This document shows, piece after piece, positions 38,601 to 47,283 of a stretch of 64,000 nt of DNA. Under the pieces are notes generated by a model. It was not told the origin of the DNA, searched no databases, and saw nothing but the letters and a program-made list of their open reading frames with translations. The first letter of the stretch is position 1. Every line of letters begins with the position of its first letter. This stretch comes from a virus. Position numbers and translations under genes: made by a program. The stretch lies in IMG/VR virus record IMGVR_UViG_3300045988_115355, positions 1-64,000 of that record. One strand, 5' to 3'.

Positions 38601-41135
38601 ATTCTCTTCATGAGCAATAGTTTGTATAACACTTTGCAAACCGTTAGCTACAGCAGCTGTAGGTAAGAAACTCTTTAAAAGCTCCTTTGTTTTACCTTCT
38701 GCCTTATCAATAGCTTCATTTAATACATCTACTTTATTACCATTAAAATAAAATAACTTAGCTACATCATCTAATGTTTCTGCCTGTATATAGGCTTCTA
38801 CAGTCTTAGCATCATCCTTTCCTCTTTTAACCTTTTCAAAGAATAGCTGTCTGTCTATTAACTCATCTATGAAGGATTTAGGATTCTTCTGCCAACTATT
38901 CAGCTTATCAGAATGTTCTTTAATCTGATTATCTATCTGCTCTATACCTTTAGTAATGTCTTGCTTCTCTTTCTCAGTTAAAGTGTTATCTGATAATTGA
39001 GTATTCAACTCTTCCTTTCTTCTGTTTAAATCCTGAAGAAGTAGCTTAGCACCTGTCATTTCAGTGATAGCTGTTTCCTTAAATAAAGGACTAATCTCAT
39101 TAAAAGCATTCCCATATTTACTATTCAGGTTATCATAAATAGACAAGGCTTCTTTTACCTTTGAAAGGTTAGATGAGGCTTTTTTTTGATAGATATTTTT
39201 TAGTTCATCATCAGTCTTACCTTGAAGATAAGATTCTCCTGTCTCCATATTAGTAAGCTGTGACTTAATTTCTGTGAGAGTTTCATCATCTATGTTCTTT
39301 GCCATTTCCTGTAGCATGTTCTCATAGATTTCTCCCATACCTGCCTGTCTCATAGCTAAAGCAGTATTAGCTATAGATAGGAGTTCAGAGTTCTTAAAGA
39401 GGTTAACATCATTCCTATCAAGAGCTTCATTCATATCTCTTGAAAAAGTCATGGCAGCAATGGCTCTCTTAGACCTCTCTATAAATTTAGGGTCTGTAAG
39501 GGCTTTATTTGTTCTCTCTATAGCTGCCTGTTGTTCTACTTGTTCAGCTTTAGCATCTTCATAAGCTTCTCTAATACCACCTATCCAATCTACTTTCAGT
39601 TTACCTTCTTTAGTCTGTCTCATTCCTAAAGAACCAAACATACCTGTGATAGCTCCAAGGGCTACCTCTTCCCATCCTGTAGCTTCAGGACTACCAAAGC
39701 TATCATGCCATGTTTTAGCAGCAGCTTTCATGTAGTCAGTAAACTCTTCAGATACATCAGGGTTTAAAGAAGCAGCAAACATAGATGTTTTATCTTTTCT
39801 ATGCTCTTTGTTAGCCCATTTATTCAGCTTTGCTTGGTCTACTAATTGTACAGTATCTGAAATCATTCTTTGAGCACCTTCCTCAAAGCCTTCAGATAAA
39901 CTATTCTTAATGGCACCTAAGGCTATTCTCTTAGCAGAAGTATCAATCTCATCACCTGCTACCTTTGCAGTTCCTTTTAATAACCCTTGTGCTATCTTTA
40001 AAGGATTAGATTCTTCAGCACCATTCACTAAGAATTTCATTCCTTTAATAGCAGCTTGTGAGTTAAATCCTCCCTTTAACAATCTTCCGAACTCTAAGTT
40101 ATTAGTTACAAAGAGCAGGGCTAAGTTCATAGCATAAACAGAGTTACCTACATCAGTAGCTTGCTTATTAACTTGTTGTTTAGCTTTATCTGCTTGGTTA
40201 TTAATCAGGTTTCTCTGCTGCCCATACCATGCAGTTGCTTCTTCTTGTGAAGCACCATTAGCTATCATAGCCTGATAATTCTCATCAAGACTTTTTAAAG
40301 CATTAGACTTAGCTATCTCAATATTATTATTCTGATAAGTGATATTATCCTTTACAGCATTGATAGCTTCTACTGTAGCTTCGGAGGAAGCTGCAACTAA
40401 TCCTCTACCTACAAAGCCTGCAAAGTTACCTATATCTTTAGCCATAGAACCTGCTTTACCTAAAGCACCTATTCCTTTAGCTAACCATGACATGTTAAAG
40501 CCTGGCACTAGAGCTGCTGCTATAGCACCTTCAGTGAAACCCATATTCTTTAATATCTTATCTCCTAAGAAGTTAGCAGATAACACATTAGCAGCTGAAT
40601 ACCATGGAGAGTTTAATTGGGCATTTGAATAGTAATTAGGTAACACTTTCTCCATATCATTCTGTATGGAAGACATGGCCTTATTAATATCATTATCCCA
40701 AAAGCCTTGTAAGAAAGAAGTATTAGGATTACTGTCTAAAGCATTAGCAATACCCTGACCTAAACCCCATATAGTTCCTAAAGTACCATTAACTAAAGTA
40801 GTACCTGCTGTTATCTGTCCTTTGACAGCACCATTTAACAACTGTAAAGCCCATGGTTGATTAAGTGCTCTATAGTTATTTAAATCCTGTGCTTCATCAG
40901 CAGTAGTGATATTCTTATCATAACTGCTCTCTCCAAAGCCATAGTTAGCTAATTTAAGACCTACATTCTCTTCAGGTAGGGGTCTGTACTCTTCAGCTAC
41001 TTCCTTTGAAGTTCTCTGCTTCTTCCCTAAGATATTAGCAAGTAAAGCTACCTTACTCTCTTCATCAGTAGGTAACTGATTTAATCCTTTAAGCCCTTTA
41101 AGTCCTACAGGACCTGTTGATGTTATATCTGCCAT
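35664..41135 (-). CDS. Giant virion/cargo-type protein (1823 aa) with S/T/N/E-rich low-complexity and short repeated segments
   Basis: 5.5 kb ORF. Repeats 'EKAVPTPKFTISNSEKEKAVPTTKFLITDD'. 'TNTTNSNTTNSNTT' tracts. Confidence 0.8.
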   Translation of the reverse strand: MADITSTGPVGLKGLKGLNQLPTDEESKVALLANILGKKQRTSKEVAEEYRPLPEENVGLKLANYGFGESSYDKNITTADEAQDLNNYRALNQPWALQLLNGAVKGQITAGTTLVNGTLGTIWGLGQGIANALDSNPNTSFLQGFWDNDINKAMSSIQNDMEKVLPNYYSNAQLNSPWYSAANVLSANFLGDKILKNMGFTEGAIAAALVPGFNMSWLAKGIGALGKAGSMAKDIGNFAGFVGRGLVAASSEATVEAINAVKDNITYQNNNIEIAKSNALKSLDENYQAMIANGASQEEATAWYGQQRNLINNQADKAKQQVNKQATDVGNSVYAMNLALLFVTNNLEFGRLLKGGFNSQAAIKGMKFLVNGAEESNPLKIAQGLLKGTAKVAGDEIDTSAKRIALGAIKNSLSEGFEEGAQRMISDTVQLVDQAKLNKWANKEHRKDKTSMFAASLNPDVSEEFTDYMKAAAKTWHDSFGSPEATGWEEVALGAITGMFGSLGMRQTKEGKLKVDWIGGIREAYEDAKAEQVEQQAAIERTNKALTDPKFIERSKRAIAAMTFSRDMNEALDRNDVNLFKNSELLSIANTALAMRQAGMGEIYENMLQEMAKNIDDETLTEIKSQLTNMETGESYLQGKTDDELKNIYQKKASSNLSKVKEALSIYDNLNSKYGNAFNEISPLFKETAITEMTGAKLLLQDLNRRKEELNTQLSDNTLTEKEKQDITKGIEQIDNQIKEHSDKLNSWQKNPKSFIDELIDRQLFFEKVKRGKDDAKTVEAYIQAETLDDVAKLFYFNGNKVDVLNEAIDKAEGKTKELLKSFLPTAAVANGLQSVIQTIAHEENKSQGVDEEAITNLLGSVSDAALSSLFNSEEYKAVGVNTFKASFKDKLKDIREEILKGISNNANQDEKIAAVYQSFLVDRLLKEVDKITTAQQASSTVGSKGGTNTTNSNTTNSNTTDNNSSTTTKQESEKATSKEELSTEEKPKEGTTVSPKQDIEEREELPPIQEGDTIPIDNKHTHKKESIISPDEETKPTDKFTITGNDETTSTEEANTQTTENSNEEDSNEEDKEIKETNDKDKVRVIPKEGELLFKEEEEEAIPTKEEIEKAEENKPANEGPVIVRDNKEPTPEVTSISYVGNAFLKYFQDALKRHGLLAERNHKTVKEFYKACSELGIDIQAMTDYHVGDLLNSLPNRSIPIKYMHINHGYLSKGIALVTPYTDEVSKICPDYKQTIKGNIVDVNGIKYLIVGYLGYAENQQNLGDKYGKLLKALIEERGDNKDTYFVSDKYANEIFDINSGSVIRRKENEPKDTPSSKDIRELVNDPTANPDGISLQDIKWGYISAGEDGMGQFNYVNFNIEDSLYSLSKAMGYGKVFIGIKGANGIYIPYYVEPLLYNDVILNESSEYYKKLRSVVESFIKGKGKDKLQALAILKDMLLFREGNNIFYDEKRGTVNYTVNNNRQPALINFNSPHFEVEGAIKRMFQMIERTNPHFNISFHTNVKGNLLEYYADAGLIKINARSLRTVNAKSFVRPIDDSFNPIINSVNSKDIHDTPKATLDTSIVYLNGVRYAVGKNNITNALNNKVIDDKEVLDLLNFIQSIGVKKPDFIEDVGKGRTVSYWETGDKVIILSSGGYHVLTDEEVMKYKVKKAEAAEKEVADKQDKEIEKALENTEVSTESTKDSEEKAVPTPKFTISNSEKEKAVPTTKFLITDDTTQDSNDNTATGINTTNSTTSTSVNLNNSDYNVTFEKAYKKFNAEKKKMLKEAIKEATGKQVKNAKEIGELLSKSPNMVGTLYRDFTDDDNIEDIIKEIKNCGI

Positions 41136-41142
41136 ATTATGA

Positions 41143-42948
41143 TTACTCTAATTTACTGTTTGACTGTGGTTTAACCTGACTAACATTAACATTGTTAATC
41201 TGATGTATCTCTCTTAAAGCCTGTTCATTAGCTTCTTTCTGTATAATCTCTAAAGCCTGTCCTTTAGGTTCTTGATGATACATCTGCTTATAAGCCTGCT
41301 CTAACTGTTTTTGATATACCTCTCTATTCTTTAAAGCCCTTGCAGTCTCCGTGTTCACTAACTGTGGGTTAACAGCATAGATGTGGTTCTCTGTCTTCAC
41401 AATAAGTTTATCATTCTGTGGAGAAACACCAATACTTAAAATCTTAGAATCATCTTTCTTAAAGTCATCTATATCTTCACCTTTACCTGTGCCTTTACCA
41501 TGTATATCTAATCTTTCAATTCTACCTTTCAAAGCATCATTGTTATAAGCATACATGACATTACCTTTAATGGTTTCAGCTATATGTTTAGTAGCATCAT
41601 CACCATTAATATTATATACAGCTCTTTCCTTTCCTAAGCTGTCTAACCGCTTATTCATATCCCATATAAAGCCTGAACCTGATTTATAATAACTTAGTTT
41701 ACCTGTGTTACTATATTTCAGTTCATTCTTTAATAACTCATATTGGTCTTTTGATATAACCTTTTTAACACCAATAGACTTCAGATAATCATCAGCTGTA
41801 TGCTGTGGTTTTCTACCATTATCTACATACACACCTGCTGAATTAGTATGCCCTGCATTAGCAGCATCATCATTAGCTTTCAGTCGGCTGTATTTCTCAT
41901 ATATAGATATAAGATTAGTATTTAAACCATCTTTACCTATATAATCAGCATTAAGACCTTTACCATCTTTACCTGCTAAGCCTGCTATTAACTGTTTATA
42001 TTTAGCCAAATCTCCTGAAGCATCCAACATACTCTCTGAAGTAATACCTATAGAATCTAAGGCTTCTTTCTGTTTAGCTTCAGCAGCAGCTTTCATTTTT
42101 TGCATATCATAGTAGTTCTGTAAAGCAGCTTTCTTCTGATAGTATTGCCAATCAAGTTCTGCTGCTGCTTCAGGGTTCTGCATATATTTATGTTGCTCTT
42201 GATAAGCAGCACCATCCATAATACCTTTCATGATATAAGCATCAGCTCTTGCTTGATCCTGTCCACTAAACTCATTAATTCTATACATATCTCTGATATT
42301 CTGCATGGCATCCCTAAACTCGGGAATACTGTCAGTCATCTTTTTAAACTTAGCTAATGCTTCAGGAGAATAACCTTGTTTTACTACATTATCTATATAG
42401 TATCTCATAATACCTTTTCCTACTTCTGTAGAGTTAAGATATTTCCTTGCAGAAGCTGCTTGTGAAGATTTAGCAGCATGAGTGTACATAGCATCCCCAC
42501 TTGCTGTTAAAGGAGTAGCTGATGGGTCTTGCAATAACTCATCAACAGTAGGCATGTGTGCTACCATAAAAGAAGGGTCTTTTATTCTACCTTGCTGTAT
42601 AACCTTAGTCATAGCATCTAAGTTTTGGGCAGCCTTATTGATAGGTAGAATATCTGTCATATAATCCCTCTTCATCTTATAGAGTGTATTTCTATTGACA
42701 AGACCTAATCCTTCAGTAGACATAGTACCTGCTATATTCTGTAGGTTATTATTATAGGCTTGTACTATCTCTCCTGCTTTAGTTCCTTTGAGATACTCAT
42801 CAAAACTATTAGCTGTTTGTGAGAGGGTTGACAGCCCTTCTTGTATATTATTATATTCTTGTGTATAAGCAGCTAAAGGTGCTAACATTTCCTGATAAGA
42901 GAAAGGTCTGAACCTTGCATTACTGACTACACCTGTAAATATTCCCAT
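41143..42948 (-). CDS. Virion-associated protein of unknown function (601 aa)
   Basis: ORF in the tight late operon. Q/A/K-rich coiled-coil-like middle. Confidence 0.7.
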   Translation of the reverse strand: MGIFTGVVSNARFRPFSYQEMLAPLAAYTQEYNNIQEGLSTLSQTANSFDEYLKGTKAGEIVQAYNNNLQNIAGTMSTEGLGLVNRNTLYKMKRDYMTDILPINKAAQNLDAMTKVIQQGRIKDPSFMVAHMPTVDELLQDPSATPLTASGDAMYTHAAKSSQAASARKYLNSTEVGKGIMRYYIDNVVKQGYSPEALAKFKKMTDSIPEFRDAMQNIRDMYRINEFSGQDQARADAYIMKGIMDGAAYQEQHKYMQNPEAAAELDWQYYQKKAALQNYYDMQKMKAAAEAKQKEALDSIGITSESMLDASGDLAKYKQLIAGLAGKDGKGLNADYIGKDGLNTNLISIYEKYSRLKANDDAANAGHTNSAGVYVDNGRKPQHTADDYLKSIGVKKVISKDQYELLKNELKYSNTGKLSYYKSGSGFIWDMNKRLDSLGKERAVYNINGDDATKHIAETIKGNVMYAYNNDALKGRIERLDIHGKGTGKGEDIDDFKKDDSKILSIGVSPQNDKLIVKTENHIYAVNPQLVNTETARALKNREVYQKQLEQAYKQMYHQEPKGQALEIIQKEANEQALREIHQINNVNVSQVKPQSNSKLE

Positions 42949-42973
42949 AATAACAGTATTTTATTATTATACT

Positions 42974-45900
42974 TTAAAATCTTCTTTTCTTCTTAAGACT
43001 ACCACCTAAACTCTTCTTAGTACTATTCAAAGGTGTTGAAGCAGTACTTGGGATATTAAGTGGATTTGTAATCCCAGCACCATCTTTCCACATATTATGC
43101 TCCATGTCTCCTGCAAAAACACCTCTTTCAGCTAATGAGGTAAGCCAATTCCTTTGCATATTCTCCCATCCCATATCTCCTAATCCTTGTAAAGCATTAG
43201 TGATATTAGCACTGATAGCAGCTTTTCTTTGATCATCTAATGCTTGCCTCATAGCATAACCTCTTGCTAAACCATTCATCATAAAGGATTTCTGATTAGC
43301 ATTAAGCTGTGCTTCTGTCAGATTTCTTTGGTTATCAGATTGAGCATTAAACATATTAGTACCTCTATTAAATTCTGATACCTGTGCATCATCTGCTCTA
43401 TTAGATAAATAAGATTGTCTTGCAGCTTCTGCTAAACTTCTCTCATTGTTGTAATTATTAGCCATGATAGCTGCTAATCCCATAGCCCTGTTACCATTAG
43501 TAATGTCTTGTGCTATCCTATTAGCAGCAGCATTATTCTGCATTATCTGATTGGCGAGATACCTTTCATCAAAAGGCTTCTTTTGCCTGTAATCTCCTAT
43601 TACACTAACAGGAATGCTAACAGGTCTTCCTGCATTATAAGCAGCATCTATGATAGCATTCGCATTCCTATAATCAGGTTTACTTAATATATTATCCAAA
43701 GCCATAGCAAAGCTGCCCATCATAGGAGCATATCTCATCCATGTAGATAGATATTTAGCTTTGGGATTTCCCTTTGTGGGTATATTATTCCCAACATTAT
43801 TAGGTAATTTATTCACTAAAGGATTTAAATAACCTTTATCCTCTTTAGGTTTACTGCCTGACAGAATATCTAAATTCTTATTAAAGTTCTTTTCCTTTAA
43901 TATCTCATTAGCTACATGGTGCATAAAACCATACTTCCCATCTAAAGCTCCTTGCCTCCACTGTTCATCTGTAAGAGTATCTAAGGTGTTTCCTCTCTTC
44001 AGATAACTAAGAAAAGAAGGGTCATTAGGATGCTGTTTAGTCCACTTTCTAATATAATCAGCTGTTAAAGAGTTAACTAAATTTCTGTAGTCATCTGTAT
44101 AATCATAAGCATGACCTGCCTTATCATATTTAAAACCCCAACCTATAGGAGAGGAATCTTTCATGATATCATTGTAATACTTATAAAGTTCAATTCTCTT
44201 TCCCATTTCTATGGGAGATATATTACCTATACTACCATCAGTAATATCTCCACCATCAGGATAGAGATTACCTCCAAAAGCATAAGTGTTATCTTCGTCT
44301 ATCTCACTATTATAAGCATTATAAAGCTGCTGTAATTTCTCATTCTCCTTAGCAACTTTATCCTGCTGTTTCTCATATTCTTTTTGCTCCATAGCAGCTT
44401 TCTGTGCTTCCTGTGTATCTTCAAACTCTGCTAAGTTACCCTGCATAGTCTTTTGAGAGATACTGTCATTAGGTCTTTCTTTAGCTTCTCTTGATAATTT
44501 CTTTGAGGCTTCAGCATAGGTGATACCTTTAGGCAACCTATATTTCTCCGCCAACTCATCAGGAATAGTTAATCTATCAGAGAAGACATAATCTCCTTTC
44601 CATATAGTCTCTCCTTGTTCCACTAAGTTAGGAACACCTTCATTGTCTGTACCTATAGGTACACCACCATGGGGATTAGTCTCATGTCTACCACCTTCAT
44701 TAATAGCTGTCAAGCTCCCATTCTCACTTAACTTTCCACCTTTTGCATATACACTTGCTAATGAAGGGTTATATGTATCAAATTTTAATTTACCACCCAT
44801 TGCATTATAATTTTGTAAAGCTCTATAATCATTTAAATCATCAACCTTTTCAGCAGCATACATCAAGTTATGATTAACTCTCTCATTAGCTGCGTTTATC
44901 TTATCATTTAACTCTCTTGCTTTTCTCTTAGCTTTCCCTATACCTATGATAGAACCAACAACTGAAGAGACACCTCCTACTATACCTCCTATAGCAGCAC
45001 CCCAAGGACCAAAAGAAGAGCCAGCATTAAACCCTTCAAAAGAAGCAGGTACTGAAGAGAGGAAATCATCAAAGTAAGATTTATCTCTTATATCTCTATA
45101 ATTAAGATTACCATTGATGTTGGTCTTATTATTAAAGAGATTAAGAACATCAGAAGTAGTGTTCACATTTCCTACAGCATCATCAATAGAATGAGAGAAG
45201 TTATCTATCTTATTCTCAATAGCTGTAGTACTCTGAAGAGTTGATTGGTTTTTAAAGTTACTTGCTAACTTTAGAACTGAATTAGCTATATTAGCATAAT
45301 TCATCATATTCCCACCACCTGCAAAGAGATTGCCACCATTATTATATAAACCTATCTTCTCTTCCAAGGAAGGTCTATTGTGTTTTGTGAATCCTCTGAT
45401 AGCATTTAGAATATCATAGGTACCCATTCCTAATTGTCCTGCCATACCATAAGAACCACTACCACTGTTTCTACCTAACATAGGATTTTCCTTACCCCAT
45501 GTTCCTATAGTGGTAGCTAATGTCCCTGCTTGACCTAACCAACCATTGATATTACCCATCATATTACCCATCTGTCCTATTCCTGCGGTGGTAAGACTAC
45601 CCCCATCAGCATAAGTATTTAGGTCTCCCATATTGTAACTCTCTAAAATAGATTCTACTGAAGGAATAGTAGAGATAATAGGAGATTGTGGTCTTTGAAT
45701 ATAGTTACTAAGAGTATTTAAATCTACATTACTTTTATTGAATGTAGGTATAGTAGGTATAATAGACTTCTGTGAAGGAGAGATATTAAAATCTATATTA
45801 CCTCTCTTAACATTGAAGTCAGGGACAGGTAATGATTTAAATTCCTCATTCTCTATAGGCATATTCATAGGTGGCTTAGCCACCCTTAAAGCATCAGGAA

Positions 45901-47161
45901 CAGCTACTTGCTGTGTATTTACTTTAGGTAGATTGTAGTTACCACCTGCATATACACTTTTCCTAATGTTATTTCTTTTATCATATCCTTTTACCCCTAA
46001 GTAGTTAACAGCATTCTTATCTCCTGCCATTACAGCCTTATGAAATCTTGACCCCCTACTTACAGCTATAGGACTTTGATAATAGGTATCTAAAATAGCA
46101 GCTACCTGATTAGCATTTAAAGGAGTATCACCATAAGTATTTCTTAGCGTAGAAGCTGCCCTATTTAAATACCAATCTAACTCTTGTTCTGCTTGCTGTT
46201 TAGACATTCCATGAGGATAACTATTTGTGATACCATCCTTATATCTTTCTCTAAACCCTGCATTTGTAAATCCATAACCAATAGTGGCATTCCCTAAATG
46301 GTCTTTATAAGTAGCACTTCTCCACCCTTCATTCCTTCTGATAATATCTTTAGCTTTAGTTACTCCTGCTTTCCATACATCACCTCCTGAAGCTAACACA
46401 TGGTTTAAACTACCACCATTAGCCATATAGTTTGTCATAACCCTTACATCATTTAAACTATCTACATTATCTGCTGTATGGAGGATAGAGTTGAAATAAT
46501 CACTGTTAGCACCATCAATCATTGTATTTAAAGCATTGGTCTTTCTTCTTGCTTTATGAGAGAACCAACCATCTTTACCTACTTCAGATTTAATAACATT
46601 AGTCATAATAGCATTATTAGCAAAGTCTGCCAATAGGCTATCGTTGGTAGTGGCTTCTGAAGTGAAGTTTCTTAAAGCCTTTGCTTTAGCTTCTGTTGCA
46701 TGGATAAAATCTGTATTTAACTTACTGCCAAACATGGTGTTAATAACACCACCTAATGTTGAAAGCCCTGGTATAGCACTAATAATATTTCCTACTTTTG
46801 ATTCTCTTCCATTAGCTACCATCTTAGCTATGTTTCCCCCCATAGTATCAGCAGCTAAAGCTATCCCCATGATATCTCCACCACCATTAGAATTAGAGAA
46901 CATGGAACCTAAAGAACCTAAAGGGTTATTATTGCTATTAGTAGTAGCACTGTTTAGTCCTGCATTTCTAAACATATTACCAAAGTTAAAGGTACTGTCA
47001 TAATTGGTATTGGCAGTACCATTAAACATCTGTAATCCTGAATTACCTACAAAGCTGTTAGTACCTCCTGACAGGCTACCACTACCCATGTTCCCTATAA
47101 GGCTATTAGAGTAATTCTGAAATTGCTGTAAAGAGTTATTATTAATATTATTAGTGTTCAT
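42974..47161 (-). CDS. Giant tail/ejection protein (1395 aa) with an embedded GH24 (T4-lysozyme-like) muramidase domain and an N/G-rich low-complexity N-terminus
   Basis: 'IIRRNEGWRSATYKDHLGNATIGYGFTN' at residues 274-301 parallels the T4 lysozyme '[22 protein letters not shown]' catalytic region. Catalytic Glu codon at nt 46328-46330. Confidence 0.7.
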   Translation of the reverse strand: MNTNNINNNSLQQFQNYSNSLIGNMGSGSLSGGTNSFVGNSGLQMFNGTANTNYDSTFNFGNMFRNAGLNSATTNSNNNPLGSLGSMFSNSNGGGDIMGIALAADTMGGNIAKMVANGRESKVGNIISAIPGLSTLGGVINTMFGSKLNTDFIHATEAKAKALRNFTSEATTNDSLLADFANNAIMTNVIKSEVGKDGWFSHKARRKTNALNTMIDGANSDYFNSILHTADNVDSLNDVRVMTNYMANGGSLNHVLASGGDVWKAGVTKAKDIIRRNEGWRSATYKDHLGNATIGYGFTNAGFRERYKDGITNSYPHGMSKQQAEQELDWYLNRAASTLRNTYGDTPLNANQVAAILDTYYQSPIAVSRGSRFHKAVMAGDKNAVNYLGVKGYDKRNNIRKSVYAGGNYNLPKVNTQQVAVPDALRVAKPPMNMPIENEEFKSLPVPDFNVKRGNIDFNISPSQKSIIPTIPTFNKSNVDLNTLSNYIQRPQSPIISTIPSVESILESYNMGDLNTYADGGSLTTAGIGQMGNMMGNINGWLGQAGTLATTIGTWGKENPMLGRNSGSGSYGMAGQLGMGTYDILNAIRGFTKHNRPSLEEKIGLYNNGGNLFAGGGNMMNYANIANSVLKLASNFKNQSTLQSTTAIENKIDNFSHSIDDAVGNVNTTSDVLNLFNNKTNINGNLNYRDIRDKSYFDDFLSSVPASFEGFNAGSSFGPWGAAIGGIVGGVSSVVGSIIGIGKAKRKARELNDKINAANERVNHNLMYAAEKVDDLNDYRALQNYNAMGGKLKFDTYNPSLASVYAKGGKLSENGSLTAINEGGRHETNPHGGVPIGTDNEGVPNLVEQGETIWKGDYVFSDRLTIPDELAEKYRLPKGITYAEASKKLSREAKERPNDSISQKTMQGNLAEFEDTQEAQKAAMEQKEYEKQQDKVAKENEKLQQLYNAYNSEIDEDNTYAFGGNLYPDGGDITDGSIGNISPIEMGKRIELYKYYNDIMKDSSPIGWGFKYDKAGHAYDYTDDYRNLVNSLTADYIRKWTKQHPNDPSFLSYLKRGNTLDTLTDEQWRQGALDGKYGFMHHVANEILKEKNFNKNLDILSGSKPKEDKGYLNPLVNKLPNNVGNNIPTKGNPKAKYLSTWMRYAPMMGSFAMALDNILSKPDYRNANAIIDAAYNAGRPVSIPVSVIGDYRQKKPFDERYLANQIMQNNAAANRIAQDITNGNRAMGLAAIMANNYNNERSLAEAARQSYLSNRADDAQVSEFNRGTNMFNAQSDNQRNLTEAQLNANQKSFMMNGLARGYAMRQALDDQRKAAISANITNALQGLGDMGWENMQRNWLTSLAERGVFAGDMEHNMWKDGAGITNPLNIPSTASTPLNSTKKSLGGSLKKKRRF

Positions 47162-47185
47162 ATTATTTCTACTACTTTATGGTTA

Positions 47186-47193
47186 CAAAAATA
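47186..47193 (-). promoter_or_regulatory. Candidate -7 promoter element 'TATTTTTG' (minus strand), 25 nt upstream of ATG 47161
   Basis: Plus-strand 'caaaaata'. Lies between a terminator hairpin and the start of the 1395-aa gene. Confidence 0.3.
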
Positions 47194-47225
47194 GCTATAA
47201 TAAACATTTATACCAATCTTTTACA

Positions 47226-47265
47226 AGAAAAAGAAATATCCCAATAAGTAAAATTCTTATTGGGA
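47226..47265 (-). terminator. Rho-independent terminator (minus strand) after the 1674-aa gene
   Basis: Perfect 10-bp stem 'tcccaataag' (47239-47248) / 'cttattggga' (47256-47265) with a 7-nt loop. Minus-strand downstream 'tatttctttttctt' (47226-47238). Confidence 0.6.
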
Positions 47266-47283
47266 TAGTCTTTTATATTCATT

